A stretch of DNA of 64,000 bases from Psammoneis japonica. Lineage: Eukaryota. This document shows positions 11,306 through 23,479 of the stretch, in pieces. The stretch lies in contig QPGO01000063.1 in the NCBI GenBank assembly GCA_008632985.1, positions 1-64,000 on the forward strand, read 5' to 3'. Positions within the stretch are counted from its first letter, which is position 1. Each line of letters starts with the position of its first letter. The notes below the pieces were generated by a model. The model was not told the DNA's origin, did no database searches, and saw nothing but the letters and a program-made list of their open reading frames with translations. A program made the position numbers and the translations under genes.

Positions 11306-13985
11306 CCAAAACGTTGAATTCTGATGGGACTCCGGGCTCACTCCGCAAGGCCTGGATCGCCGCTTGAGGCTTTCTGATCCAGGGGATAGAAAAGGCTGTG
11401 AAGATAGAATGTCCCTTGGGCTGCGCTTTGAAGTTGAAAGGGCACGTGACCTGTTTGTCATCAGAGAACAAAATGCCATTCTTTGGTCTCTCACCACCAT
11501 GTGTGTGAAGTCTTGGAACCTTGCACACAACACCAAGCCTCGCAAAGTAACCAAACGACATACTAACTGCGTAATCCTAAACGAGTTCGCAAGAAGGAAG
11601 GATCTGTACTACACTGCCTTGGAACCGCTCTCTCTTCCCACTCTCTACTACTAGTCTGCTAGCTCTAGAGAGTAGAGAGATAGAAGCGCAAGTCTTCAAT
11701 GAAGCTCACTCGCCTAAACCATTGACCGATATGACGAAGAAAGAAGATAACACTCCGCGTTTGCTTGTAATGCCGCCCCCGTCCTGGAGAGTCAATGTTT
11801 CGAGATGTTCCTGCATAGCAGACTGTGCGAGTGCATGGTACTGTACATTTTGGCTTCGATTAGGTAGCTACTCTGATTCAATCGACTGTAAGATAATGCG
11901 CGTGAGATGACTCTGAACGTGAAACAAATCAAATATTGCTAGAAGGAAGCAGTAAGACATGATTCAAAATCTTCCATCTGGCCGTCTGTGCCGCATGCTG
12001 TCATCCAGCGGGTGCATGCCTTCGCTCTTTATTCTCTACAGGTGATCTAGCTGTCTAGAGTAGAGAGAGCTACTGCGTACTTAAAGCACCATAGCATTTT
12101 GTAGTTGCTTCGGCAACCAATTCAACCAACGTGCATCAGTTGAACACTGCGTCAGTTGGAAGTATAACTTGCATGCACCGACACAGGTCTTTAAAGAAAG
12201 AAATGTGGAGCTCGTCCGATGGACCAAGCGCGAGAAAAAGGAATCGTTCAAGCGCATCACAGACGCGATTGCAAAAGCGCCATCGGTTATCCTAAACCTG
12301 GTATTTCGCGTTTATTTACTTGGCTGGACCGCATTTTGGGTCCGAAATGCGTAGGATTCTACACGATCCTGGTACAACATTTTCAAATCTGGCCCTGCGC
12401 TCCTGTTGCGCTCGACAGACGATGCTTCAGACTGATCTTGGATAGATCTTGCGTGGACGGCCGAGATCTTTTGGGTGACACATAGTGGCACGATTGGGCG
12501 GCAACACCCTTGTGCTGGCAGGGGAGAACATGGTGATGTCATGGTTGCGTGGCAGTTTGCATCTCATTCATTGTGTTTTTGTGCGAGTTGGCCGGGGTGG
12601 GGCTGGTTGGTCGCGCACGTTTGGGTTCGATGCAGCCGTGCAACTGGCCACACCCTGCAGGAAGAGCTGTTGGTTGCGCATGAGCAGCAGAAGCAAGAAA
12701 GCAAAGAACACGGCGTGGGTCAAAACGTTGTAAAATGACGCAACAACAAGCAGCGAGAAGAAACCCAACTTGACCCATGAGTGCAGCGCGCGCATGTTGT
12801 CCAACCACTTCAACAGCATCTCGCATTCCCAGCTTGTAGATGAGGGGACGGCCAGTGGCACAGCCAGACCAAATCAACTGGGGGTGCTAACTGCCAGCGA
12901 AGCGAGCACACGCCCACACCATCGGTGCCGCAAAGCGGCGCCCTTCCCCCAAGAGTGGGGGACCGATGGGGTTGACAGCCTCGCTGGGGAATGAGGCGCC
13001 CGCAGAGCGGAAAAAATTGCACACAGACAACATTTTTGCTCATTTTTAGCGCGTTTTCACGACTTGAACTGCTTGCCTGCTGGAGTTAAAATAAGCCAAA
13101 ATTGCCGTGCCACTTCTTTGCCATTTCCTCCAAGTCTAGAGGGTCAGTTGACATCCATGCGGCAACCCAGAGCAAACAAAGAGACCGCCGACGACATGCC
13201 CGGAAAAATCAAAATTCGGAAAGAGGAGGTGGGTCACACCACCTGCAGCATGAATTGACGCGACTTCTGCACAAGTGTGACTGAGAAGTGACGTTCGTCG
13301 TATGATTTCACGTGGTTTCTACGCAGAAATGGTCTTTTGGCAATGTGGTGAGAGAGCGTGATGCAATGTGAAAGGTTTTTTAGAGCTCGTGCAGCTCGTG
13401 GACTGGCGAGTTTTCTCGAAGACTGGGGGTGCTGAGTGCCCTCTAGCACACCCCTGGCTGCGCCACTGGGGACGGCGTTCGCGTTTCTTGCCATGGTGTT
13501 GTTGTGCATTGTCGTGTTGTTTGCGTGCGAAGAACACGGGATCTGTTTGTCCGACGGTCACTGTGTTTTGGCGATGGTGGATGTTTTGCCATGTGCAATT
13601 TCAGGTCATTTTGAGAAGCGCTTCGCGACAACTCTGTTCACACCGTTAAATGGAATTTTTTTTTGTCTGGATTCCAGAGTTCTTTCGAGGTGTTCTGTGA
13701 GATTTTTGAATTGCGGCACACACATTTTAAAGACGAAAGAAATTTCAATGACATGCAAAAGCTTCGGAGATTAAGAACTTGTCTTCCATGTGGACCACGC
13801 AGATTGTGCACCGGCGGAAAATCCACTGCATGTCAACTCACTCAGCAGCACTTCTACATGTGTTCTACTTGCACCTCACACACGTGCACCCACACCTGCA
13901 CAGTCCAACAACCGCGCACTGCGTGCGCGAGACAAATGTCCTCACATTCATTCATGCATTTGCACACAAATGCCAACAGTGGCAG

Positions 13986-16555
13986 GAAAAATCCTGAACC
14001 ACATTCTCCCCCAAAACTCCAACCACCAAAAACCGAGGGGTCGGAAGTGCACTTTTGGGAGCTCTGTTTCTCCGCACAAAAAAATGCGTTTTGACAACTC
14101 GACCATGACGACCTCCCGTTCTTTGTCCCCTGCACCTTGCCACTCCTCCGTCCACACATGTGCCGAACCGCCTTCTTCTCCCGTTTCTGCTGACATGCGT
14201 GGCATGCTTCCTTCTAGCAGGATGCCTCAAATTTCGGGCAACCAACATGCTGCTGCTGCACAAGATGTTTGCACGGATGCTGCCGCTTCCAGCCAAATTG
14301 ACGGCACCTTTTCCAACGACGCTGCCGCCGCATCCATCTTGCGGGTCTCTCTTGATGTCTTCCAAAAGGCTCCGCATGCTTGGCAGAGCGACACATCGTG
14401 CCGTGTGCTTCAAACAGACCTGAATTCGGGTGTGCGGATTGCTGCGACACAGCAAAAAACAATGGAGACGTGTTCCAGCCGCACGTGAACCAAGTCGTGC
14501 ACAAAAACGACATTTGCGCGATTTTTGCGTGGTCCCCAACTTGCGATCGAACTTTCACCACCAGAAGTGTGGATTTGTCCAAATGTGAATGTTTTGCAAC
14601 ACTGACAAGACTCGTGTGAGTGTTGCAATGTCGTTGTTGTTGTGCTGTCTGTGTTTTTCATTGCGTTAAAAGATTCGCAACACAACGGATGATTTTTGGC
14701 GAAAACATTGCCGTCACTTGGATGTTGCCCAAATGTGTCTTTCTGCTGTGCTGCTTGGTGGATTTTCTACCTGCAAAGAAATCTCGGCATAAATCCACTG
14801 ACGTACAATCAGCATTGAGTCCACTGAGGAAGTTCATGATGCATGTCCCATGACGACTTGAACACCCCACAAAAAACTGTTCAAATGTTCATGCTCTAGA
14901 CGCCTGTGAAAGCCAATCCGCTCAAGTGTTTTACACAAAAATGCTTCACACACTCAAAGACACACAATTTGTGTTCAAAATCCATTGTTGTTTTGTGCGT
15001 CACCTGGGACTGGAACACGTCTGGAGTGCATGACATGACAGACACACAACTTGTGGCGCTGCCTCACAGTGGACCAGAAGTGACACACAGCACAACATGC
15101 CTGCCAGAGGCAGATTGGACACAAATGACAATGACAATGAAACAGAGTGCTTGAATTCGTGTGTGCGGATTGCTGCAAAATGGCCAAAGAACACACAATG
15201 ACAGAGACACACAACATTGTGCCATCTCACAGTCGACTAGAAAGAACATGCAGTGCAATGTGCAACACCTGCCGGAGATTGGACAGGGCCTGCAAATGAC
15301 AACGACTGCTTGAATTCTGGGTGTGTGGATTGCTGCAACATGCGACCTGGCAGAAAAAGAGCACATTGTGATGCGCACAAACTTGCCTCCTCACAGTCCC
15401 TCACAAGCATCACGCAGTGCCATGAGCCTGCCAGAGAACACTGCACACACAAACTGCAAGTCAAATCATGACAGATCCATTGTCTGTGGCCAACAGCACT
15501 GCAATCATTTTCTTTTCTTCCCCGTGTTTTTCTTTCGTCAACGCGCCTCTTGCACAAGTTTCCACATTTGAAACTTGGCTCGCACCGTGGGCTTGACATT
15601 GTCGCATCGTCAAACCATGATTCAATGAGAATGCCATTGCCCACCTGACAGCCAAAGGCATGCGGCGAGTTGTCCACCAAGACCGTCTTGTCCAAGTCAC
15701 GGCCCAAGACACTCAAGTCCTTGAGGCAATTGCCTTCCACGGCAAGACAGGATTCGCGAAACATGCGGTGTTGAGTGAACACTTGCCATCCAATGGGTGG
15801 GTTGGTGGGTGAGAAGTGCACTTCAATTCAAAAAACACACAACTGCAACATGCACTGCCACTCACCCGGATCAATTCGATTCAACAACTCATCGGCACAA
15901 ACTTGTTGAGATGCCGTAAAGACAATGACTTCATGCTTGCCATGAGTGCTTTGCAAAAACTCCTGCAAGTGCGGCCTCAGACGGATGTGGACTTGGGATT
16001 GAATTCCTCTTCCTCCTCCTCTTCTTCTTCATGCAAACAATTGTCCGTGGCTGCTTCTTCTACATGAAGATCTTCTTCTTCTTGGTCGTCCTCTTCATCT
16101 TGTGTCGTTTCCGTGGCAGCTGGTTTCGGAGCTGCGCCCCAGACCGTTTGAGAGACGGCTCATCAGAACCTTCCACAACACGACAATGCGAATGAGAGCC
16201 CAATTTCTCCGGGGACGCAATCACAGGAGCAGACCAATCCCGGCGCTGTGTTTGTGTTTCAGGCACAGGATCTGGCGAACAGAAGCCCAAATCCTCCGGA
16301 TGGCAAATCGGCTGTGTTTGGGTAACGATGGTGGGTGCAACGGTGCCGGCCAACACAGGAGGGGGCTGCCGCATCAGACATGGCAGGCGGGGATGCGTCA
16401 GGTGGTGTGGGGGACGAAGAACGGGAGGTTGTCATGGTCGAGTTGACGAAACGCGTGATGTTTTGGTGTGTGCGCAGTCTTCCAAAAAGTGCGCTTCCGC
16501 ACCCCTCGGTTTTTGGTGGTTAGAGTTTTAGGGGAGCTGTGGAACAGGAATTTTC
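13986..16555. mobile_element. Putative Pack-MULE-like element with about 150-bp inverted arms
   Basis: 13986-14135 is the reverse complement of about 16403-16555 (AACCACCAAAAACCGAGGGG...CAACTCGACCATGAC.ACCTCCCGTTCTT.GTCCCC). No clear TSD. Confidence 0.55.
15600..16060 (-). pseudogene. Captured fragment of a CTD small phosphatase (SCP/CTDSPL2-like, FCP1/NIF family) gene
   Basis: Reads EEEEEFNP / VHIRLRPHLQEFL...EVIVFTASQQVCADELLNRIDP | GTGAGT intron | [55 protein letters not shown]. The DLDET catalytic segment is missing. Confidence 0.85.
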
Positions 16556-16694
16556 ACTTGTGGAACATGCACATTCATGTGGATGTTAACATTGAAACTC
16601 AACGCACGGCGAAGCCGTGCGCGCACAACCACGAACACACACACAGCTCCCCCACCACAGGGGTGGATCGGCAATGTCAGTCGGCATCAGACTA

Positions 16695-19600
16695 CAGCTT
16701 TCCCTGCAACCAACCTAAACGCCGTAGAATTTGTGTGGGACATGCCAGATTTTTGTGACGTGTCCGCTTTGACGTCATCGCAGTGATCTTGAAGCACGAG
16801 AAAAAGCACGAGACAATGGCGCTGGTGGAATCGGCGTTTTTTGTGGTTTTTGCTGCTGAGTCCTCTCTGATCCCCTTGCACAGCTTGATGGTAAACACCC
16901 GTCAAAATGTCACAAGGCAATGCGATCAGAGCGTCTCGGTCGACACCGACTGGCATTGTCACTTCGCATTTCAGGGATGCGTGCAAGATGCCGAAGTTCC
17001 AACACAGATGGATCGAGGCGAACTGTTTTGTGCATGTGATGAAAGAGGCCTGCACAATTGACAAAGATTTGAACTTCAATGCCAAGAAGTTGAACAGTGC
17101 ATTGAGTAGAGAGTTGGATCTCCATTTCCAGACATTGACAAGGACACGTCTGAGAACGATGGCGGGGTTTTCCGAAAGCAGTTCCGACCGAAGGGAGAGC
17201 CGTCTGTTGTTGCGCACTGTGCCTGCAAAGAGCAAGAATTGCCAAGGTGTGTACCCTCAACAACCAATGATCTTAGGCGTGTGATGTTGACTGTTGAAGA
17301 GCACAACAAGAAAGTAGAAACTTGAGCCGGCTCCAGCAAGAGAACAGCAGGGTATGACGCAAACGAGTGCGCACAGACGTTGCAGGAAAACGAGCGAAAG
17401 AAAAAGAAAAGGAAAGAACTGCTAGAGTCCTCTGCAACAGAGGAGAAATCATCCAATGATGGTGGTGCTGATGAAGATGACACTCCTGAGAATGATGCCA
17501 CACCTGCTGATGATTTGACCGCTGTTTGTTGGCGCCTTCTGGGGATGACACGACCGTGCGGAACCTGTTCAATGCAGATGATGGAGAGGATGCAAAAAAG
17601 GCAATTGAGAAACAGATGGATAAATTGACTTCTGGATTTGCTTTTCATGATGGATGGAAAGAAGTGATCGAAGGAGGCGACCCTGACAACCTGTGCACAC
17701 CCAACGACGCTCATGTGATTCGATTGAGATGCCAGCATCTTGCGATCGCGCTTGACCATGCATTGAAGAAGCTGCCAAAAAGGAACACTGCATGGCTTGA
17801 CTGCTGTCAGCATGCAATCGATGACCTCAGCGGTGCAGGTGTTAACTTTGTAAAAAGTCGCCAAACCATAGCTGCTTGGTGTCGCATCTTTAGGAATCTC
17901 AGTTCCTTTCCTCATCCCCGACCAAAAGGAAAAGGAGACCCACCGACATTTGAAGCACATCCAAAGATGAAGAGGAAATTCATCAAGTTTGTGACAGCAA
18001 ACCTTTCTCGACTTTCTGCTGAGGTGGCCACAGACCACTTCCACGAAGTGCTTGTCCCGGAATTCTTAAAGAGAGAGAACAATGACCGTCGCAAGAACGG
18101 GGAAGACATCTTGGAGTCGGAACGGGAGTTCCTGAATCAGCATGGATTGCTCACCGGGGAAAACCAACTGTGCATTTCTTCCAATGCAGTTTCCAACTGG
18201 ATGAATCTATTTGGTTTCCGGTGTGGACCAAACAAAAAGATGTGTTGTGTTGACAATCATGAACGTCCCGACAATGTGAGGTGTCGGAATGCAATGGTCC
18301 GTTGATGCTTGATGATGGAAGAACGATGCCCACATTGGACACAACTTCCAAAAGCCACTGCCATGGACCTTGTCAAAGCTGAAGCTCTCCCAGCCAAAAT
18401 AGGGCATGAGTGCCAAGTCGATGGAGAAGATTTTATCGAGTGTCATGTCGACACTGTCATCGACCCGGAGCATCCAAGCCTTGCGCCCAAGCTGTCCGTG
18501 CAATTTGGAGGAAGTGAAAGTGTGAGAAAGGATCCGAATGTAAAGCCTGTCATGACATTTGGACAGGACGAGGCTGTTTTTAAGCAACACTTGCTAAGCA
18601 CAAGCAGCTGGTCGGGTCCTGAAGGTGAGCGGCCGCTGCTGCCCAAAGATGATGGAGAAGGCGTGATGCAGTCTGCATTTCAATGTCGAGAGGTCGGCCT
18701 CATTCGAGATGGAGACATTTCGGAAGAGCAACTCCAAGAGATGAATGAAACTCGAGCAGGCAAATGCTGCACTGATGAAGAAGCTGCAGAAACAGCATTC
18801 AGCAAGAAGCAGCATGAGCCGAAGTTGAAGAAAAGTCCGTTCATCCGCGAGTTCGAGCATGGAGCGAATGGCGACGGACACTGGAATTACAACCGCATGT
18901 TGGTGCAATTGGAGGATTGCGTGGATTGCTTGAAAGTGCTGCATCCTCAATTTGACTGTCATTTCCTTTTTGATCATTCTTGCGGGCACGACAAGCAGAG
19001 AGCAGACGGACTAATCTGCAACAAGCGCACGATGAACGCAGGAGTCGGCGGCAGTCAGAACAAGATGCATCCTGCTGAGATTCTTCAGGCAGAGGGCTTT
19101 CTAGGTCCTCATGCTGAAGCAGTTGGCATGCCATCTGCAGGACAAGTGCAAACAATGGCATTCAGTGAGGAAGACCAGGGACCATGCTGGATGACGCTGG
19201 AAGAACGAGAAGCTGAGAAATGTGACGCACCCATCGAGGGTCAAACTGAAACTCGGAAGTTCCTGCGTGATGAAATTTTTGACAAGCTTCTACAAAAGAA
19301 CATCAAGAATGTCAGGGGTGAGAAAAAGGATGAATTGATTGATGTGGCAAAGAGCAACAACATACCTGTCGAAGAAACCATTCAAAAGGTGAAGCACGGA
19401 TGGGTCAACAAGCCGAAAGGATTGAAGCAAATTTTGCATGAGCGAGGATGGATTGATCCCAACAACCCTGGAAAATACACTGTGGATGGTGCAAAGGGCA
19501 AAGATGGAGAGATCGACAAGTCAACATCTCTTCTTCACTTGATGGCTACTTGCGATGATTTCGTCAACGAAGAGACGTTGTTGCAAACCATGGGTCGCAA

Positions 19601-20145
19601 AATGGGTGTGGCCATTGATGGAACGCCAAAGTGTCACCCAGAAATGGCTGGGGAGGGCATTGAATGTTCTTGGGGACTCGCAAAGCAGTGTTGTCGTTTG
19701 CAACCTTTGTCAAGAAAGAGGGGAAAGCAAAACTTTAGAGAGTTGGTACGAGAATCAATGTCATCAAGCGCACTCACGACTGACAGGATGCAAAAGTTCT
19801 CGCGACGAGCACGACGACACATTTGTGCTTACATGGTTCTTTCACAACCTGATGTGTCTCAAGAGGTTCAGCATGAAGCCTTGTCTCTTGAGACCATTGA
19901 AAAGCTTGTCAAAGAGTTCAAAACGCACCGCAGTGCGATTGATTTTGACAAGGGTTTCATTGTGAGGACGCTTTTCGCGGGGTGAAAAGATATTTTTTGT
20001 AGGTAAATAAAAAACTCTAGAATATAGATAAGATTTATATATAACGCTGCTGGCGATTTTACTGTGGCTTTTTGTATGAAAAATAAATTTTCCTACCAGT
20101 AACGTAGGATTAATACGACGTTTAGGTTGGTTGCAGGGAAAGCTG
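16695..20145 (+). mobile_element. Full-length IS630/Tc1/mariner-type DNA transposon, 3451 bp
   Basis: TIR CAGCTTTCCCTGCAACCAACCTAAACG (27 bp perfect, 31 of 32 when extended) at 16695-16726 and 20114-20145. TA target-site duplication at 16693-16694 and 20146-20147. Confidence 0.92.
17526..19985 (+). pseudogene. DDE transposase, interrupted by one TGA at 18303-18305 and by Tyr->Cys/His changes
   Basis: ORFs 17526-18305 and 18309-19985 are in the same frame. Motifs GQDE, FLFDHSCGH, PKCHPEMAGEGIECSWG and VDNHERPD. The true start may lie further upstream. Confidence 0.85.
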
Positions 20146-20745
20146 TACGGTAGGGGGGCCCTAGGGCAGTACGAGCGCTTGCGAACGTTTCGGGTTATGG
20201 TCAATTGGAATGTCCTCTTCAATCCCGAGAATCCCCGCTGTCAAATTACGTTGATAGGGTCCATGCCGCGAGAACAAGCCAAAGAGATCCAACATGATAT
20301 GAAGGACACGGGAGGCAATGCAATCCTTGTGTTTGAGTAAAAATTTGTATCAGAAAGGACTAGTGGTTGTTAACGTTTCTCCTTGCGTCCCATCGTTTTG
20401 ATGGTCCTGTCACAGATTAACTTTTTTTATGGAATCTTACTTAGTCACACCGCTGCCTTTAATCATCCCAAACTGGGGTTTGCTAAAAGTCTCACTCCCT
20501 GCCCCCTAACATAAACCCTAACCCTGACCGTGCAAAACTGTTTTTTTCTAAATGTTGGGGTGTAGAAGTGGTGAAGCCGTGTATGTTGTTTTCGTCGTGG
20601 ATTCCTTTTTTTGGCTTAATCTGTGACAGGACCGACTTAATCTGGGGTATTTTTTCGCTTTAAGCTTGTTGGCTGACGAGATGATATGTAGCGAATGACT
20701 AGTTGACATAGATGCTACGGTGCCATGGTCCTGCACGTTCGTTTG

Positions 20746-23104
20746 TCAACACGATATCACCTGGTTGACATTGACGGCACCCATGGTTTGCTTCCGGGGG
20801 CGTTGCCATGTGAAATCTTCGTACGCACAGCCCTTCCCACGAAGCTGCAAGGACATTCCAGCGGGCGAGTTTGAACGCTCCTTTACACCAATATTAGTCG
20901 ACGTCATTCCTTTGGCAGCAGCGTCATTTGCAACAAAGGTTCCTTCATACGACAGAAACTGAAGGACAGTGTCAGAAGGACCTACCAAAGCAATACCGTG
21001 GCCTCCATTGTTGCCATTGAGAAAAGGCCCACCATTCACATGACAAAAAGACAAGCCATTCGTCACTGATACAGCCTTGCAGCTCGAGAGCGGCTCAGTT
21101 CGGTACGCTTTTCCATTCCCTCCTTTATAGAACTCGAGGCGATAAGTAGAAAGATCTAGTCCCGTGGTGAACGCAACTTCTACAAATTCATTGATGTCTG
21201 TTCCAGCATTGTCGTAATGGAATTCGTTGATAAATGCGACCTAGAAGAAACAGAAAGCCACAAAGAAAGCATTTTGAGTCTACAGATGGATGATGTGGCG
21301 GAATCAAAAAGAATTCCTGAACGTACCTCGTTTGCTGGTTGCATAGTTGGTGATGGAGAAGGCTTCGATGGTCGAGTTTTAGGCGGCGGCTCATCCCAAG
21401 TCGTTTCATTGATGAGGGGGCATCCACCGTCGTATTTTCCTCCACGTTCATCGATCTGAAATGTCACACTGTCGTCAGCAGGGTTTCTAATCACTGAAAC
21501 AATCACTGGCGGGGCATCCGCCGCATCATCGACGGACGCCTCGACTAGATAGTGAAGGTCATCGTCTGGACGAGTAATGCAGAAAAAGTGAGTATCCCCG
21601 TGCAGATGCAAGACTGGCAAGTATGGGTAGGATGCTTTCAAGAGCTTAATCAAGGGATCTCCAAAATGCTTTTTTCGTTCGTTCCCCATGCTCGCATGAC
21701 CAAAGATGACAACTGCCTTCATTTGCTTCGCCGCGTATATTTTTAGCTGATCCCTTACCCAATCAAAGTTTTGAGCAACCCTACTGGCCTATGAGACGAA
21801 AACGAATGCAATCAAGCTGAGCTCAATATCAACGAGAAAAGCCATACTTGGACTAACGATATGTTTACCTCATCACCCTGAGCTGAACCTCCAACGTTGT
21901 TCACGCCGACAAACAAGACAGAGTCTCGAAAGAACGCAAAGTTCTCCAATCGCTCAAAGTAATTCGATTCAAATTGTCGATACACCCCCTTTTGTCGATG
22001 TACTTCTACGCCTGAAGTGAGTTCTCCAAACTTGTATGGGTTGTCTGGACCAAAGTGTTTCATATAACGATGCCAAGCCTCATCAGGATCGGGACAGTCC
22101 ACCCATTCATTATCCCCGACAACCCAAAGCACGTCTCGAGGGTCGTAACGGAGACGGTTGACCTTGTTTGTAAAGATTTCGCCAATGTCATTGTAGGTTT
22201 CTTCGTTACAGGGCCGTTTCTTTTTACTCTTTCGAATGTCACCCAAATGAACGACAAAGGATGGAGAGTCCGGTGATGTAAGGTCAAGCTCTCGCAAGGC
22301 ATAATTGAGACAATACCGTTCCATGGTGGAGTAAGGAATGTCGCCCATGGCATAAAACTTGATGAGCGTTTGTGGAGTAACCGAGTCTGAAAAGGTTGGA
22401 ATATTGGAATGACGGCAGTACTTGGACGCAGGTAGTGGTGTTGGACGATGAGTGGGAGCTGGTGGTTGAGTAGGGGTGATTGGATCAGAGGATAATCCTT
22501 GGAATCGAACTTGGTCAATGTAAACCCGATCGTCGTTGCGGCTGCCGTCACATCGAAAGCGGATTCTTGCACGAGAGGTCAGTTCCAAGGTGATTTTTTC
22601 ACCAAAGTCTACCGATATAAAGGTGAAGCCTTGCTTGTATGGGAGGTCACTCTGAAAATCACGTCCGCTCACAAAGTGCTGCACCGTCGTCCAGCTAGAT
22701 CCGCTATCAGACGAATACTCAAGAAAGAAACCTTCTCCATCCTCCAAACCCCGAGCATTAAACCAGAATTCGATTCGGAGATTTGAATAGCTCGTCACAT
22801 CATGGTCCACCTTGAGCGCAGCGTTAGAAGATTCCTCTTCATTGTCCCGAATACGTAAAGCGTAAATGCCCTGGTGTGCAAATTTTGCCTCCCGAAAGGT
22901 CGATTGCGCCGCATCATTTCCAAAGGTTTCAAAGTTCCCCAAGTCCGATTCAAAGTCGTCATAGGTAACGTCAATCCAATTCTCTGGCTCAAGGTGGCGT
23001 TTTGCATTGTCTTTTTCGATTTGAATTCTGGCGGAAGGTACATTACTTGCTATCGAGACGGGAGCAAGAATTACAATGAGAGGAAGAATCACAAAGGACC
23101 TCAT
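20746..23104 (-). CDS. Secreted metallophosphoesterase with an N-terminal beta-sandwich domain and a C-terminal lamin-tail (LTD) domain; 3 exons
   Basis: Signal peptide; motifs MGDIPY, VHLGDI, VGDNEW, FGHA and HLHGDTH. Introns at about 21869-21789 and 21325-21241. Last exon VAFINEFHYDNAGTDINEFVEV...QFLSYEG. Confidence 0.75.
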
Positions 23105-23479
23105 CGTTCTGTCTTCACGAAACACAAGATGGTAATTGTTTGCATTTTGGAAAACGAACTCTTCGCCCCGGAATCACTTCTCGGTGACACAAACACGCAA
23201 AGATGATTTACATGTCATCATCATCATACTTCTATGAAGTACAGTACAACACACTCTTGCAGTGAACACAACAAAGCCTCTTTCGCAAAAGCCCCCTACC
23301 GGTATAATATTTGTAGAAGTACAGAAATTGCTTTTTGCCGATTTTGCTTCTCATTTTTCTTTTCGGTATTTTTGCCCCTTTCTCGAGCGTTTCTACCTCT
23401 TTTGCTGTTTTCGCGCATTATTGTGGAAACGCCGTGATTGCGTGCTTCCGCCACCAAAATCCTGCACGCACAAGACTCA

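Larger units (their letters stand above)
12480..16690. other. TpA-depleted repeat block 2 (nested non-autonomous elements)
   Basis: Very few TA, with CpG partly retained. Motif GAATTC(T)G.GTGTG.GGATTGCTGC recurs at about 14422, 15153 and 15312. Confidence 0.8.

Noticed and set aside
17526..19985. Alternative genetic code or programmed TGA readthrough in the transposase
   Set aside because: Neighbouring genes use the standard code, non-coding DNA shows the same TA loss, and the TGA is simply explained by CGA->TGA.
20503..20527. Telomere-like CCCTAA units
   Set aside because: Only 2-3 imperfect units, too short to support an interstitial telomere.
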